NCBI RefSeq assembly: GCF_018977255.1
Contig: NW_024704742.1
Coordinates: 35,528,001-35,592,000, forward strand
Length of the DNA stretch: 64,000 nucleotides
Reading direction: 5' to 3'
From: Callorhinchus milii
Taxonomy: Eukaryota
The position numbers and the translations under genes are program-made. A model generated the notes under the pieces. That model was not told the DNA's origin, did no database searches, and saw only the letters and a list, made by a program, of their open reading frames with translations. Position 1 is the stretch's first letter, and each line of letters begins with the position of its first letter. Positions 50,771 through 63,790 of the stretch are shown piece by piece.

Positions 50771-51905
50771 GACTCTCCCCCCCCACCTCTCTACACTCCC
50801 CCCTCTCTCTACACTCTCCCCCCTCTCTCTGCACTCTCCCCCCCTTCTCTCTACACTCTCCCCCCCTTCACTCTACACTCTCCCCCCCCCCCCGCACTCT
50901 CCCCCCCCGCACTCTCCCCCCTCTCTCTGCACTCTCCCCCACTTCTCTGCACTCTCCCCCACTTCTCTCTACACTCCCCCCCCCCCCCTCTCTGCACTCT
51001 CCCCCCTTCTCTCTGCACTCTCCCCCCCCCCTCTCTCTGCACTCTCCCCCCCCTCTCTCTGCACTCTCCCCCCTCTCTCTGCACTCTCCCCCCCCTCTCT
51101 CTGCACTCTCCCCCCCCCTCTCTGCACTCTCCCCCCCTCTCTGCACTCTCCCCCCCCTCTCTGCACTCTCCCCCCCCCTGCACTCTCCCCCCCCCTGCAC
51201 TCTCCCCCCCCCTGCACTCTCCCCCCCCCCTGCACTCTCCCCCCCCCTGCACTCTCCCCCCCCCTCTCCGCACTCTCTCCCTCTCTCCGCACTCTCTCCC
51301 TCTCTCCGCACTCTCTCCCTCTCTCCGCACTCTCTCCCCTCTCTCCGCACTCTCCTCCCTCTCTCTGCACTCTCTCCCCCCCCCTCTCTGCACTCTCTCC
51401 CCCCTCTCTCTGCACTCTCCCCCCTCTCTCTGCACTCTCCCTCCTCTCTCTGCACTCTCCCTCTTCTCTCTGCACTCCCCCCCCCTCTCTGCACTCTCCC
51501 CCCTCTCTCTGCACTCCCCCCCTCTCTCTGCACTCTCCCCCCCTCTCTCTGCACTCTCCCCCCCTCTCTGCACTCCCCCCCCCACACTCTCCCCCCCCTC
51601 TCTGCTCTCCCCCCCTCTCTGCTCTCCCCCCTCTCTGCACTCTCTCCTCTCTGCACTCCCCCCCCCCTCTCTCTGCACTCTCTCCCCCCTCTCTCTGCAC
51701 TCCCCCCCCCTCTCTGCACTCCCCCCCCTCTCTGCACTCCCCCCCCCTCTCTGCACCCCCCCCCTCTCTGCACCCCCCCCCCCTCTCTGCACGCCCTCTC
51801 TCTGCACTCTCCCCCCCCTCTCTCTGCACTCCCCCCCCTCTCTGCACTCTCTCCCCCCCTCTCTGCACTCTCCCCCCCCCCTCTCTGCACGCCCTCTCTC
51901 TGCAC
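50771..51905 (+). repeat. C-rich minisatellite, ~18-22 bp unit CTCTCTGCACTCTCCCCCCC, upstream of the start codon
   Basis: Tandem units seen directly, with variable C-run length. Confidence 0.95.
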
Positions 51906-53289
51906 CCGCCTTGTCGCCAAATGTATTGGAGTCCGGACCGAGCCCTGAAAAACTCCCCCCCCCCCCCCCCCACCCCCGGGGAAAGATGGATGACCGCGGG
52001 ACCGCCACCGATCCCTTCTGCGTCCCCGAGCGACAGAGAGACTGTGTACGCGCCACCGACACAAGTCCTTCCCAAAAAGAAAACTTTGTGCAACTGGAGG
52101 CGGCGGCAGTGGCAGCAGTGATGGTGGGATGGATGTGGGGGATGGAGGTGGGGGATGGGGGGGGGGGTGTGGTGGAGGAAATAACTGTCTGGTTCCGCTA
52201 AATCTGCGGCGGGTGGAGACTTTTGCGAGAAGATGAGAGGCTCTGCAACATGTTGTTAGTTGGTTAAGTGGCCCTGATGTCACATCCTGCGGTGCAGCAA
52301 GTTTGCACTTATTTCTTGTTATCGCTCATGTGTTTTATTAGCAACCACCAGGTTCCCCCCTCTGCACAGCACTGGGCTCTCCATCAGCCTCTCCCCCCCT
52401 CCCCCCACCACTGAGAGACCCCCCCCCCCCACTTTCCTCATCCAGATGCCCAAACGTGGTCTTCCCCTCTGCCCTTCAAAGTTCACTCAACGCCCACCTG
52501 GCTGCACGGTTGCTGACGGTGGGATGGGCGTTTTCGGTTGATTTCGTGGCTTCCAGCACCTTGGTGGCTTTTTACAGATATTCTGCGGGTAGTTTCACAG
52601 CAGTTACTTCCCGTGGCGTCTCGATGCAGAGGCAGTTGCTGGTCTCAAATGTGTTCACTGTGATTAACAATTCGCTGAAAAGCCCCAAATTAAATGAAGT
52701 ACAGAAGCACTGTGCTACGCAACTTGTACCACATGTGGTATAGAATAGAAATGTACTCTATAACTTGTTAAACATTAGTTTTCACGTTTTGCGGAGATTG
52801 GAAGACTTTCGTTTTGGATAAACGGTTGCTAGATTGTGAAGTGGCGTAGCGCAACTTGCTGTTGAAGATGAGTCCATAGCAGTGTTTTTATACTGTAAAA
52901 GTGATGCAATTCTATATTCAACACCTCCCCTCTCACTCTGTTTTTTATATTTGCCATGCACTGCTAAATTTCATTGAACAACAAGTAGCAGTTTAAAAAG
53001 TTCTTGTGAGAAAATGGTCGGGTACTTTTTTGACTTGTGCCAAGAAAGCACGTCTCCTGCTGAGAACCTCATGTATCATGTATCTGACCTGCCAGATCTG
53101 GTCTGGGAGCTGAATTCTCATAGAGAAGTTGGATATCCCTATTGGGCGTTTACATCCAGAACCAATTTATACTTTTCTGGCAGTAATAATCCAGCACAAT
53201 TGTGGAGGGGGAGGTGACCATCAGCATAATCAAAGAGGTGAGTCTTAAGGAGGGATTTAAAGATAAATAAAGAGGGGTGAGCAGAGGGC

Positions 53290-53782
53290 AAACAACAACA
53301 ACAACAACAACAAGATTCCATTTATAGAGCGCCTTTCACGTCAGGAGGACGTCCCAAGGCGCTGCACAGTTGGGTCATGACCCGAGCAGGGGGAAATGGT
53401 CAGGGTGAGGGGAGGGAAGGAGGGAGAGAGGAGGGGGAAATGGTCAGGGTGAGGGGAGGAAGGGAGGGAGCGAGGAGGAGGAAGAGAGTCGAGAGGGGAG
53501 CTGAAGGCTCGGTCAAAGAGAAAGGTTTTGAGACCGGCCTTGAAGGAGGAAAGGGAGGAAGCAAGGCGAAGGCACTGGGGGATGGAGTTCCAGAGCCTCG
53601 GGGCTGAGAGGCTGAAGGCCCGACCACCGATAGTAGGGCGGTTGGGGCGGGGGACGTGGAGCAGACCGGAGCCAGAGGAACGGAGGGTACGGGCAGGTAG
53701 GTAGGGGGATAGTAGGTTGGAGAGGTAGGAGGGAGCAAGGCCGTGAATGGCCTTGTAGGTGAGGATGAGGATCTTGAAATCA
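53290..53782 (-). mobile_element. Young L2 3' fragment nested in an older L2 remnant (~53160-53850)
   Basis: (TTG)n tail at 53290-53313, CpG retained, older L2-like sequence on both sides. Confidence 0.8.
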
Positions 53783-55475
53783 AAGGTAGGGCATTTCAGA
53801 GGTTAGAAGGGCTGGGTACCAATGGTGGCATGGAGAGATTGGGTGCATGCGACAAGCCCTTTATCCGTTGAGTGAAGGGGAAAACACACATTATTTTGGA
53901 TAGCAACAACTCTCACAGCTCAGAGACTGTGATCACCCTCATGAGCTCTATTGATAGGTTGACTTTCCTTATCAAGATGCATAAACATGGTCTTCACTTT
54001 GTCTTTTACAGATCAGTATTATTACTGGCTGCACGTTTTCTGTTGTTTTTGTCACCTCCAACACTATTGTGGTGTACAAATATTGTGACATTGGTTTCAC
54101 ATTAGGTATTTCTTGTGGCTCATTACTGCAAGTAGGCTGATGTTTACTGAACAAGTGATAGGGTTGCAGGCTGTAGGGTGGAGCAAGGCCATTGAGGGAT
54201 TTGAACATTAATTCAAGTTTGCTGCATGTCCTCTGCCTCACCGTTGACTTGTCCTCGCTTTATGGAACTCTTCTCCCAAAATCCCTCCACCTTACACCTT
54301 CCTTCTCTGTTTACAAAACCTTTCAAAAAGCTGATCTCTTTGCACTTTTGATCACTCCCACCCCCACCACCTCCCACCTTGCTTGGACTCCCACTTTGTT
54401 TCTGTAAAGCATTTTAAGACATTGTGTTGGTCTTTTTCCTCTCCTTTGTTAAAACTTTTAACTTCAATTTGTGGCATAAGACTGCTAAGTGAATGGTGAA
54501 CAGTAAATTGGCTATTGCCACGAACCCATGACATTCCCTCTGGTTAATGCGCATCTGCATTGTCATTAAAATTAGTGACCCCAAAAATATGGAGCCCAAT
54601 GTCACTTAATTGAATGTTAATTTATGAAACCCAAGAAAAAAAGTAGGTTTCATTGAAAATAATTCTCTTATTCATTTGGGACTTTTGGAGCAAAAGGGAG
54701 CCAAATCGTGTATTGATTTAGCTCATGTGTGTTACTTTAAATGCAGCATTAGGCTTAACAAGCAGATGCTTCGTAACTTTTGTAACTGCTAATTGCATTG
54801 GCCAGATTCCAGAAACTGCTATCTTCATCCCTCATGCCCTGATTTAAACCTTCTGTCCATTGTTGTTTTCCTAATCTTATCCTCTCATTGTATTGTATAT
54901 CAATAGCTAATGAGGCTTTTTTTTTCTATGTACCTCAGTTAATCATGTTTTCGGACACATTTTCATTACTGCAGGCCTGCCATCAATGGCAAACCAGAAT
55001 GTGATTTTCATCGCAGTGAATTTACCTGGATCTATTTTGTTCAAACATTTCTGCAAATAAATATCACAGAGAGCTTTGAACAAAGAAGGCCTACGAGCCC
55101 ATTTGATAACCTCATTCAAGAATACTCACCCTACCATCCTCTCACAGATTCAAGCTATTTTACTTAATACAATACAAATTTACATTCATATTGTGCCTTT
55201 TACATCAGGAGGATGTCCTAAGGTGCTGGTATAGTCCAAGGTATTCACCCAAGCTGGGGACAGGGGCTGAGGGTTGGAAACCGGGGTGGGAGGATGGCCA
55301 AAAGCATGGTCAGGAAGGTAGGCCTTGAGACGGACCTTGAAGGAGATGAGGGAAGGGGCAAGTCAAAAGGACAGAATGGAGTTTCAGAGAGTGGGGCAGA
55401 TACACTGAAAACCTGACTTATTAATAAATAAGAATTAATTATGAATTAACAATTCTTAATGTAATATTTAAATTA

Positions 55476-56550
55476 TTACAACAACTTGCATTTATATAGT
55501 GCCCTCCACGCAGGGCAGGGTCTCAGAGCGCCTAACAATGGCGGAGCCTGTCTCTGAGCCGGGGGCAGGTGACCGTAAACAAATTCGAAAAGGAAGGTTT
55601 TAAGGCGGGACTCGAAAAAGGGGAAAGAGGGGGCAAGGTGGAGGGATTGAGGAAGTGTGTTACAGAGTTTTGGGGTGTAGTGGCCGAAAGTGCAACCTCC
55701 AATGGTGGAGGGGAGGGTGCGAGGGTCGAGCAGGAGGCCAGTGTCAGTCGAGCGGAGGTGCCGGGTGGTGGAATGGGGAGTGAGAAGGTCGGAGAGATAG
55801 GGAGGTGCCAGGGAGTGAAGCGATTTGAACACGAGAGTGTGGATCTTGAAGATGATTCGTTCGGTAATGGAGAGCCAGTGGAGCCTGACCAGAACTAGTG
55901 AGATGTGAGTACAGAGTTTGGTCCGGGTAAGTATGTAGGCAGCAGAGTTCTGAATGAAATTTTTGGGATAGTGGAGCTGAATGAACCAGCAAGGAGTGTT
56001 TTGAATAATCCAGATGGGAGGTGAAAAACGCATGCACAAGGGTTTCGGCTGCATTTAGGGTAAGGTACGGTTGGAGGCGGGCAATGTGGCAGAGGTGGAC
56101 AAAAGCGGTCCTGGTCAGGGACCGGATGTGGGGGAGGAAGGACAACTGGGGGTCGAACCAGATGCTTAGATTGCGAATGGGTTCGGTGAGTGTGAGGGAG
56201 AGCCCAGGGACGTTGAGGAGATCAGATCCACAGGAGTGCAGACATTGATGGGAACCAAAGAGTATGGCTTCTGTCTTGTTCACATTCAGCTACAGGAAGC
56301 TTGCACTCATCCAGGCCCTGATGTCTGCCAGACAAGCTAATAGAATATTGGCGGACCTGGAGTCGATACTGTCATCCGCATACATGTAGAAGTTTACCCC
56401 ATGTCTGTGGATGACATCACCCAGAGGGAGCATATGGATAAGGAAAAGAAGAAGGCCAAGGATGGAGCCCTGGGGCATCCCACAGGTGACTGGGCGGGGG
56501 CGGGAGGAGAAACCATTTGCCGAGATGAAATGGAGGCAGTTTGTTAACTA
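55476..56550 (-). mobile_element. L2 ORF2 fragment with 3' tail
   Basis: [34 protein letters not shown]. Confidence 0.9.
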
Positions 56551-56599
56551 GGAATTATTAAGACTAGAATCTAAATGGTCTGGGTAGTGTGGAAGGACA

Positions 56600-58280
56600 C
56601 AATGGTGGGGAGGATGATGCAGCCAGATTAATCCTGTGTCCTGGCTTCAATCACCTTTCCCTGGGTAAAAAAAATACTTGCTGGTATTTGTCCTGAATGT
56701 GTCCTTCACCACCCTAAGCCTGTGACTTTTTGTTCCACTGTCTTGGTGCATCCAAAAGTATTGTTCTGAGTTAAGTTGCTCAAGCCCATTTAAAATTGTA
56801 TAGATTTCTATTAATGACCCTCTGAGTCTACTCTTTTCAGAACGGAAGAGCCCTAGATTGTCTAATTGTTGCTTATTCCTCAGAGACTGGGAATCATTCT
56901 CATTGCTCTTCTCTGTCCTGCTTCTAGGCCTAGGCAGTTCCTTTATGTCACAGCAACCAAAACTGTATGCAGCATTCTCGTTACAGCCTTACTAGAACAT
57001 ATTGTACTGACGCATGAGGATCTGAACTCAACTGATTTGGCAATATAACTCAACATCCTGTTTCCTTACTGACTCACATTGTTATGACGTGGTGCATGTT
57101 ATAAATCAACTAACACTCCTGTCTCTTTCAGCTTCCCCTTTGCAAGTTCTATCCATCCATGGTGTACGTATGTTTCTTCTTCTTACTTTCTATATGTATT
57201 AAGTTACACATATTTGTATTAAACTTCTTTGGCCAGTTAGTCCACATGCATACTTATCAATCTCGCTATGTAAGGCTTTGATGCCTCCTCTGATTCCTGC
57301 CCTCCCATCCCCCAAACTTGATCTCATCTGCAATTTAATTGCCTTGTACTGGTTCTGTGAATCCAGGTTATTAATGCATACATAACAAATTGAAGGAATC
57401 CTATTGAGGCATCTGAGATACCTTGCTTAAATGCCTACTCCCATTGACCTAGCTCTCATAAGTATCCTCTGCCTCCTCACCTTCAGCTAATTTAAAATCT
57501 ATGCCCTTGATACCCAGTGACCACACTTTGTGGAGGAATCCTTCATGTTTTACTTTGTCACTTTTGGTAGTGTGGTACAGTACATCATATGACTGTCCAC
57601 AGTCAATTTGGGATGTCACCTCCTCAAAAAGTCTATGAGGTTGGTCAGCCAAGATCTACCTGATCTGAATCTGTGCTTGCTATCATGTACCAGGTTATTT
57701 TAAACAGGACATCTTCCACTTTCTACCTGATGATTAATTCCATCAGTTTTCCAATTATTATGGTCAGGCTAATGGTTCTGTAGTTGCCAGGTATGATTCT
57801 ATTTCATGACTAAGAGAACCACACTTGCTTGCTTCCAGTCTGATAGAACCTCACCAGTGGTTCCTTCATAATGTCTCTCAGAGCTACAGAAATCTCTTGC
57901 CTTATCCCTCTAAATACCATGCAGTACAGTTCATCCATCCCGGGGGATTTGCTGTTTTTCAGCCTCTTGAGTCTATTTAGAACCTCAGCCTCACTTATGT
58001 CAAGGTTCTGGAGCTCAACATTTGTGGATATGTGGTTGCTGTTTAGGATCGGCAATGGTTTAAAAAAAACAAAATCTCCAGGAAGTAATTACTTAATATG
58101 TTCCTTATCTCCTGATTCTTTACTTTTTCAACCCCTTTTGGGTACCTCAGGTTTTAACATCTTCCATGACTTCACTCTTACTGGAATAATATTGTAAAGT
58201 TTTGGGAATCATATCAAAATGCAAGCATTATTATTATCAGTTGCATTTGCTGCTATGTCACTTTCCATTTCCCTCTTGGC
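56600..58280 (-). mobile_element. Decayed CR1 LINE ORF2 (RT region to C-terminus)
   Basis: ISEAEVLNRLKRLKNSKSPGMDEL, FEEVTSQIDCGQSYDVLY. Confidence 0.85.
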
Positions 58281-59252
58281 TCCAATTTATAAATTATACA
58301 TGTATATATTTTTAAAATGTTAGTACTCTAAGGGGGCTTGTTTTAAGTTTCTTTGTGATCTGAGGTCAAGTTGCTGGATAAGGTACACTTGTAGATCAAT
58401 TGACTGACTGATTGAAACCATCAATTCTAGAAAGCTATTTTACTTCTTAATTGCTTATGGTTAAATTAACTATTAGCACTGTAAATCTTTATTGATGAAG
58501 CTATAGGTTCTAAATGTGGCCAACAAGGAATGCCTTTATCTGAAGAAATGCCTTTATTTAGCATGTTTGAACAAAAGGATCAAATATTTTTTTCTGCTAC
58601 TTCTGGATTCATGTTTTTTTCTTCAATAAAAATGAAATTTTCTACAAAACAGTATTCTGTTAAGTCCATGATAAATCAGTTATTTGGAGCCCTGATTCCA
58701 AAATGGCAGCTCAAATAATGGATACAAAAATTCAATCTTTTTTAAAAGTTGTTGTAATTAAAGAAAATTGCCATTTTTGAGACAGACACTTTACATCAAT
58801 TCATTGAAGTTTTACCGTTTTTTTTATTGGTACAAAATAGCCTCTTTAATGATTCATATTTTTGACTATGTAGCCTCACCAATTAGTTCATCACTGCCGA
58901 GTGATGGTTTCTATTACTTGTCAACTTACTTCAACCAGCAAGAATTGTAGCATTGTTAATTTCATAGGATAATAGAACAAAATACCATTCCGGGTCAACC
59001 AAGCCAACGGAATTACATAAAAATATCACTTTTGCAGTGATATCAAAATCAGTGATATTTGCTCATGGGTTACAAGAGTGACCTCTGGTGTTCAATGGTG
59101 GCCTATTCTTATGCAAATTATATATAAAATAGCTAAGGATCCATTACAATTGGCCACTTTGAAAATAGTGGAATCCTAATGAACTATTAGAACTAATGTA
59201 CTATCCTTTGAACATTTGAGGCAAACAAAGGCAAAATGCTGCAGATACTGAT

Positions 59253-59935
59253 ATAGCGTAAACTCCGGATAACTCAACCCTGGTTTAACTTGTCACTATC
59301 ACTTAAATTGTCATGCCATCAATATCCTGGCCACTTGCCATATAAACTATGAATTAGGGACATTGCTTCACACGTCACTCCACTTAACACCTAACTTGTC
59401 ATATTGTAGAAATTCTTTTCAATACTTACAATATAAAATTGATCGGATATCTCCTATAAGATGGTGCCTTGCATCACAGAGGCCTCTCATCCATTCCAAT
59501 GACATGAGCAAGCATTCAGCGGAAGTGTGGCACTCATGCTCAGATACCTCACAGAGACATTTTGTCTATTGGAGGGCCATACCATGGCTTCCTACCCTGC
59601 CTCCCGCCCTATACTGTGGCAGGATAAACCAGGAAAGAGAGGCCACAGCACAGCCCTCCAGTAGACTAGAGGCCTCTGCGATGAATCTGGCACATGCACC
59701 CAAACTCTGCTGAACACCCACACCAGTCAAAGGTGTTTGGCACGTAGTCAGATGCATCACAGATGCTTATGGGCTATTGGAGGGCCACTGCGTGGGCTCC
59801 AACCCTATCCCGTAACTGATCCAAGGAAGGAGTCCGCGAGTTTAAGATAAGGACCAGCATCTAACTCATCACATTCAATAATTTGGCACTGGGTCCTTTT
59901 CCCTTGGAGTGACAAGTCATCCGGAATTTATTGTA
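59253..59935. mobile_element. Possible Tc1/mariner-Tigger-like non-autonomous DNA element
   Basis: Imperfect inverted termini TAAACTCCGGATAACT..ACTTGTCACT and AGTGACAAGTCATCCGGAATTTA, with TA flanks. Confidence 0.4.
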
Positions 59936-60354
59936 TTTTGATATATCTAAACTTTATTTTGTATGCATACTTTAATTACACATCTAATTATACAATATTG
60001 CATCAAAATGGCTGAATAGACTGGATAATTTGATTGGCTGGGATTATGAATCAATTTCGGGGTGTTTTAAGTAAAAAAAATCTATGAATTTATCCTGAGG
60101 GACAACAAAACTATGAAATAAAAGAAGAAAATTGTGATATAAATAAAAATAAGATTCCTTGGATTTGATATGGCAGAATATTATGGCCCTTCATTTAAAT
60201 TAGTTTGAGGTTCAAGGAATCTCTGGGAGCTTTGAATATAATGGGGTTAAGTTATATAATAGGCTTTGAATTCCCTAGTCAGGGAAAACATAGTTAGATG
60301 CAAAGGAAAACTCCCTGTAATCTGCCACAACATTAAAAGAGAAGTCACCAAAGT

Positions 60355-60520
60355 GTGTGCCTGTGCCAGTGTGGTCTCGGTTTGGAGACTTGACAAATTT
60401 GTTTCACATAGGACCCTTACAGACAAAGTACAGAGGAGACTTTCATTCCATCAGCCTGATCTGGAATTCAGCCCAAATCCCAGAGGTAAAAGTTCAACCC
60501 ACTGCACCACCCAATCCACA
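60355..60520 (-). mobile_element. LF-SINE-like fragment; a second fragment at ~43440-43625 (+)
   Basis: TTTACCTCTGG..GAATTCCAG..GAAAGTC..GGTCCTATGTGAAA resembles the LF-SINE consensus as I recall it. Confidence 0.45.
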
Positions 60521-61006
60521 TATCTTCATTTACTTTTCCTTACTTAAAGTGGTATCAATTGTCACCATTATTATTTTTACATATGATAAATTTATAGCAT
60601 GTTATCGTGTCTTAATTCTAAAACAAAAATTTAATTCAACTGTTTTGAAAAAAACTATTTTCCTTTATATTTATAAGTTATTCGAAGAGTTAGTTTAAAC
60701 GCAACTGCAAAATAAACAACACTGTGTAAATAAACCTTTCATCTAGTTAGTGGCTTCCTGCATTTATAATGTTAGCTATCTGGTTTTCATGACAATCTTT
60801 TCTCGAGGTTGGTCAATAATAAAATGCATGCAAATATTTTGATTCATAAAATTACACAATATTTTTAAAAACTCTAAATACACAGTATGGGAAGAAATGT
60901 GATAATGAATCTTTAAAATGTGATAAGATGCTAAACCAAATGCAAGAATTATTTACATTAATATCACCTACATTCATGGTTCCTAAATTCCTTTCTTAAC
61001 CTCCAT

Positions 61007-61361
61007 GAGTCCTATGGCATAGTGGTTAGAGCACTCGCCCAGCAAGGCGAGAAGACCTGGGTTCAATTCCTCCGCAGTGAGACCTTAGGCAAGTTTCCTT
61101 ACTCCACACGCCTCTGTTTACCTAGCAGTAAGTAGGAATTGGCTTGTTGGTCGATTGGCAAATTGCTTTCCGGGGATAATAAACCCTTTAAAAAATACTG
61201 TGTCATTCAATCTATGACTGTTTGTGGGACACTGCTGTGCACAATTGGTTGCCTCAATTTGCCCACAAAATATAGTCACTCCCAATTTACAGTATATTCT
61301 GTGAAGCGCTTTCAGACATCTTGAAGACATGATAAGGCGCTATATCAAATGCAAGGATTAA
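61007..61361 (+). mobile_element. tRNA-derived SINE, same family as 48427
   Basis: Head GAGTCCTATGGCATAGTGGTTAGAGCACTCGC, shared CAAGTTTCCTTACTCCACAC block, tail GGCGCTATATCAAATGCAAGGATTA. Confidence 0.85.
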
Positions 61362-62929
61362 AAGGCATAATGGGCCAAGTGGCTTTTTCTGTCCTGAAAT
61401 TTCAATGATTCATGATTAACAGCTTTTCATGAATTCCTTGCAAAACAATTAATTGATGCTTGAAAGCAATTAAGTCTTGTGTCTGATACTTTCCAGGCCC
61501 AAAGGTGTTTAGTCGTGGGTTGAATAGGCAGTAAGCATTATTCTGCGTGTAGAATGCTACAGCTTTGGCACAGTGTGCTGAGAGTACTAGATGTTGATCT
61601 ATGGTTAGTCATTTCAATTCTTAATGACTTTAATGGAATATGTCACTAATATTGGACCAATCTGATCATCTCTTAACAGATTTGACGCAATTAATAATGC
61701 TTGCATGCCAAAAGAAACCTTTCTTATCAACACCAAATTAAATGTCCTGAGTTTATCATAAATGTCTTAAAATATACTGGTATATTTTGATTTATTACCA
61801 ACTGTCAAGCTCTGACAATTCTTTCTTAATTGACATTAGATAAAATATTTTGATCTATTCCAAAAAAGTTAACTGGATGTTTATCTATGGTTGGCCATTC
61901 CAATTCCTAATGACCTTAAGGGGTGATAAGTGGATAGTTGAGTTATTATTTAACTTTGATAGTCTGGAAAAATATAATATTATTCTAAATTATTTTCAAA
62001 CAAATATATTATTTTTAAGTATTTTACAGAAATTACAAATCTTCCAATTTGTGACACTATATTCATGGAAAATGCCAGTGCTGCATTTTTTCTTTTAAGT
62101 TAAATGTCCCTATTTTGCAATAGATTCTGTTCAGGAAGAGTAATTAATTGTTGGAGATTGCGTTGTTGGTCATGTTTTGCCTTAGCTATGGCTTGATTAA
62201 TTTACTGGATGTTACAATGGCATTTATCCAATGAGCTAGAAAACAAGGAAAGTGAGAACTAGCTATTCCCTGTGGTCATTTTGACTGAGTGATCCGCAAG
62301 CATTTTCCTCAATTTCAGTGATAAAATTCAATGCAAATAACATTTAAATAATGATCCAAGTTTCCATTGAAAAACTTAAGGGAAATAATCCATTTGGTGC
62401 TAAAATTGCACCCTAGATTTTGTACATAAATTGGCATTAAGTTGAATTCTAATTTTCTGCCCTTTAAAAAGTGCAACTCACATGTATGGTAGCAAAATTA
62501 AACTAATGAAACTAGTTTAGCATCTGCTAAAGATAATCGAGGCAGCCATGTCTTATTTTCCATTTCTGTGAAAATGTGGCACTTTTTTTTACTGCCAATG
62601 AAGATGTGGCCTTAATGAGCAAGAGCTGGTCCCAAAACCTCTGGAAAATGTGATTGATACTTGATCAAAGGGTGCCTCAGGACAGCTGGAAAAAAAGCAG
62701 TTTGATGCCAGATTCCAGACCAGTCTCATTATCACTATGGATATGTCGAGAGCTGACTGATCTATTCTCAATTGACCAGATGTTATCGGATACCAAGATC
62801 GTCTTGATAGTGGGCTTCAGTACTGGCCTAAATTATTAATATTCATTAATATTAAGATAAGTCTTATCTGACCGCAAATTATATCTGTAGTATGCCTGTG
62901 ATGGGGACAGTATGGTAAATATGCGTGGT

Positions 62930-63790
62930 TTACCACCTGATGCCTCGACCCCTTCCCCACCCAGCTGCTGGTCACTCAACTCCCCCTCCTCTCCCCTCTG
63001 CTGGCTGACAAGGTCAACTAGTCTCTCTCCTCAGGCTCTGTTCCACTCACCCTGAAAACTGCTATTATCATACCCCTCCTCAAAAAACCCACCCTCGAAT
63101 GCTCTAATCTCTCACACTACCATCCCATCTCCCACCTACCCTTCCTTGCCAAAATCCTGGAACGCATTGTTGCAGGTCAACTTCAGTCACACCTCTCCCT
63201 CCACTCCCTCCTCGAGCCCCTGCAGTCTGGTTTTTGCCCTGCCCACAGCACAAAGACAGCGCTTGTCAAAGTCACAAACGTCGTCCTCTCTCTCTATGAC
63301 CAGGGCTCCCTCTGCCTCCTCGTCCACCTGGAACTCTCTGCGGTGTTCGACACAGTCGACCATGCCATCCTCCTCCACCGCCTCTACTCCCTCATGCACC
63401 TTAGTGGGACCACACTCGCACGGTTCGAGTCCTACTTAACTAACCGTCTCCACTTCATCTCAGAAAATGGTTTCTCCTCCTGCCCCCACCCGGTCACCTA
63501 CGGGGTACCCCAGGGCTCCATCCTTGGTCCTCTTCTTTTCCTTATCTATATGCTCCCTCTGGATGATGTCATCCGCAGAAACGGGGTAAACTTCCACATG
63601 GATGCGGCTGACACACAAATCTACTTTGCTTCCTCCAGTACCAACTCCAGGTTTACCAATGTTCAGACACCAGGCCTGGATGAGTGCAAACTTCCTGCAG
63701 CTGAATGTGGACAAGCCGGAAGCCATATTCCTTGGCTCCTATCAACGTCTTCACTCCTGCGGATCTGAACTCCTCGACCTCCCTGAACTC
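62930..63790 (+). mobile_element. L2 ORF2 RT fragment
   Basis: [30 protein letters not shown]; catalytic motif decayed to MDAAD. Confidence 0.9.

Larger units (their letters stand above)
48430..52300. promoter_or_regulatory. CpG-rich promoter / first-exon region of ANTXR2, interrupted by simple repeats
   Basis: Visibly CpG-rich at about 48430-49100, 50100-50770 and 51905-52300 compared with CpG-depleted flanks; surrounds exons 1-2; TSS not located. Confidence 0.7.

Noticed and set aside
50447..52283. ORFs of 374-584 aa on both strands
   Set aside because: Produced by the C-rich minisatellite; open in nearly all frames, with no domain content.
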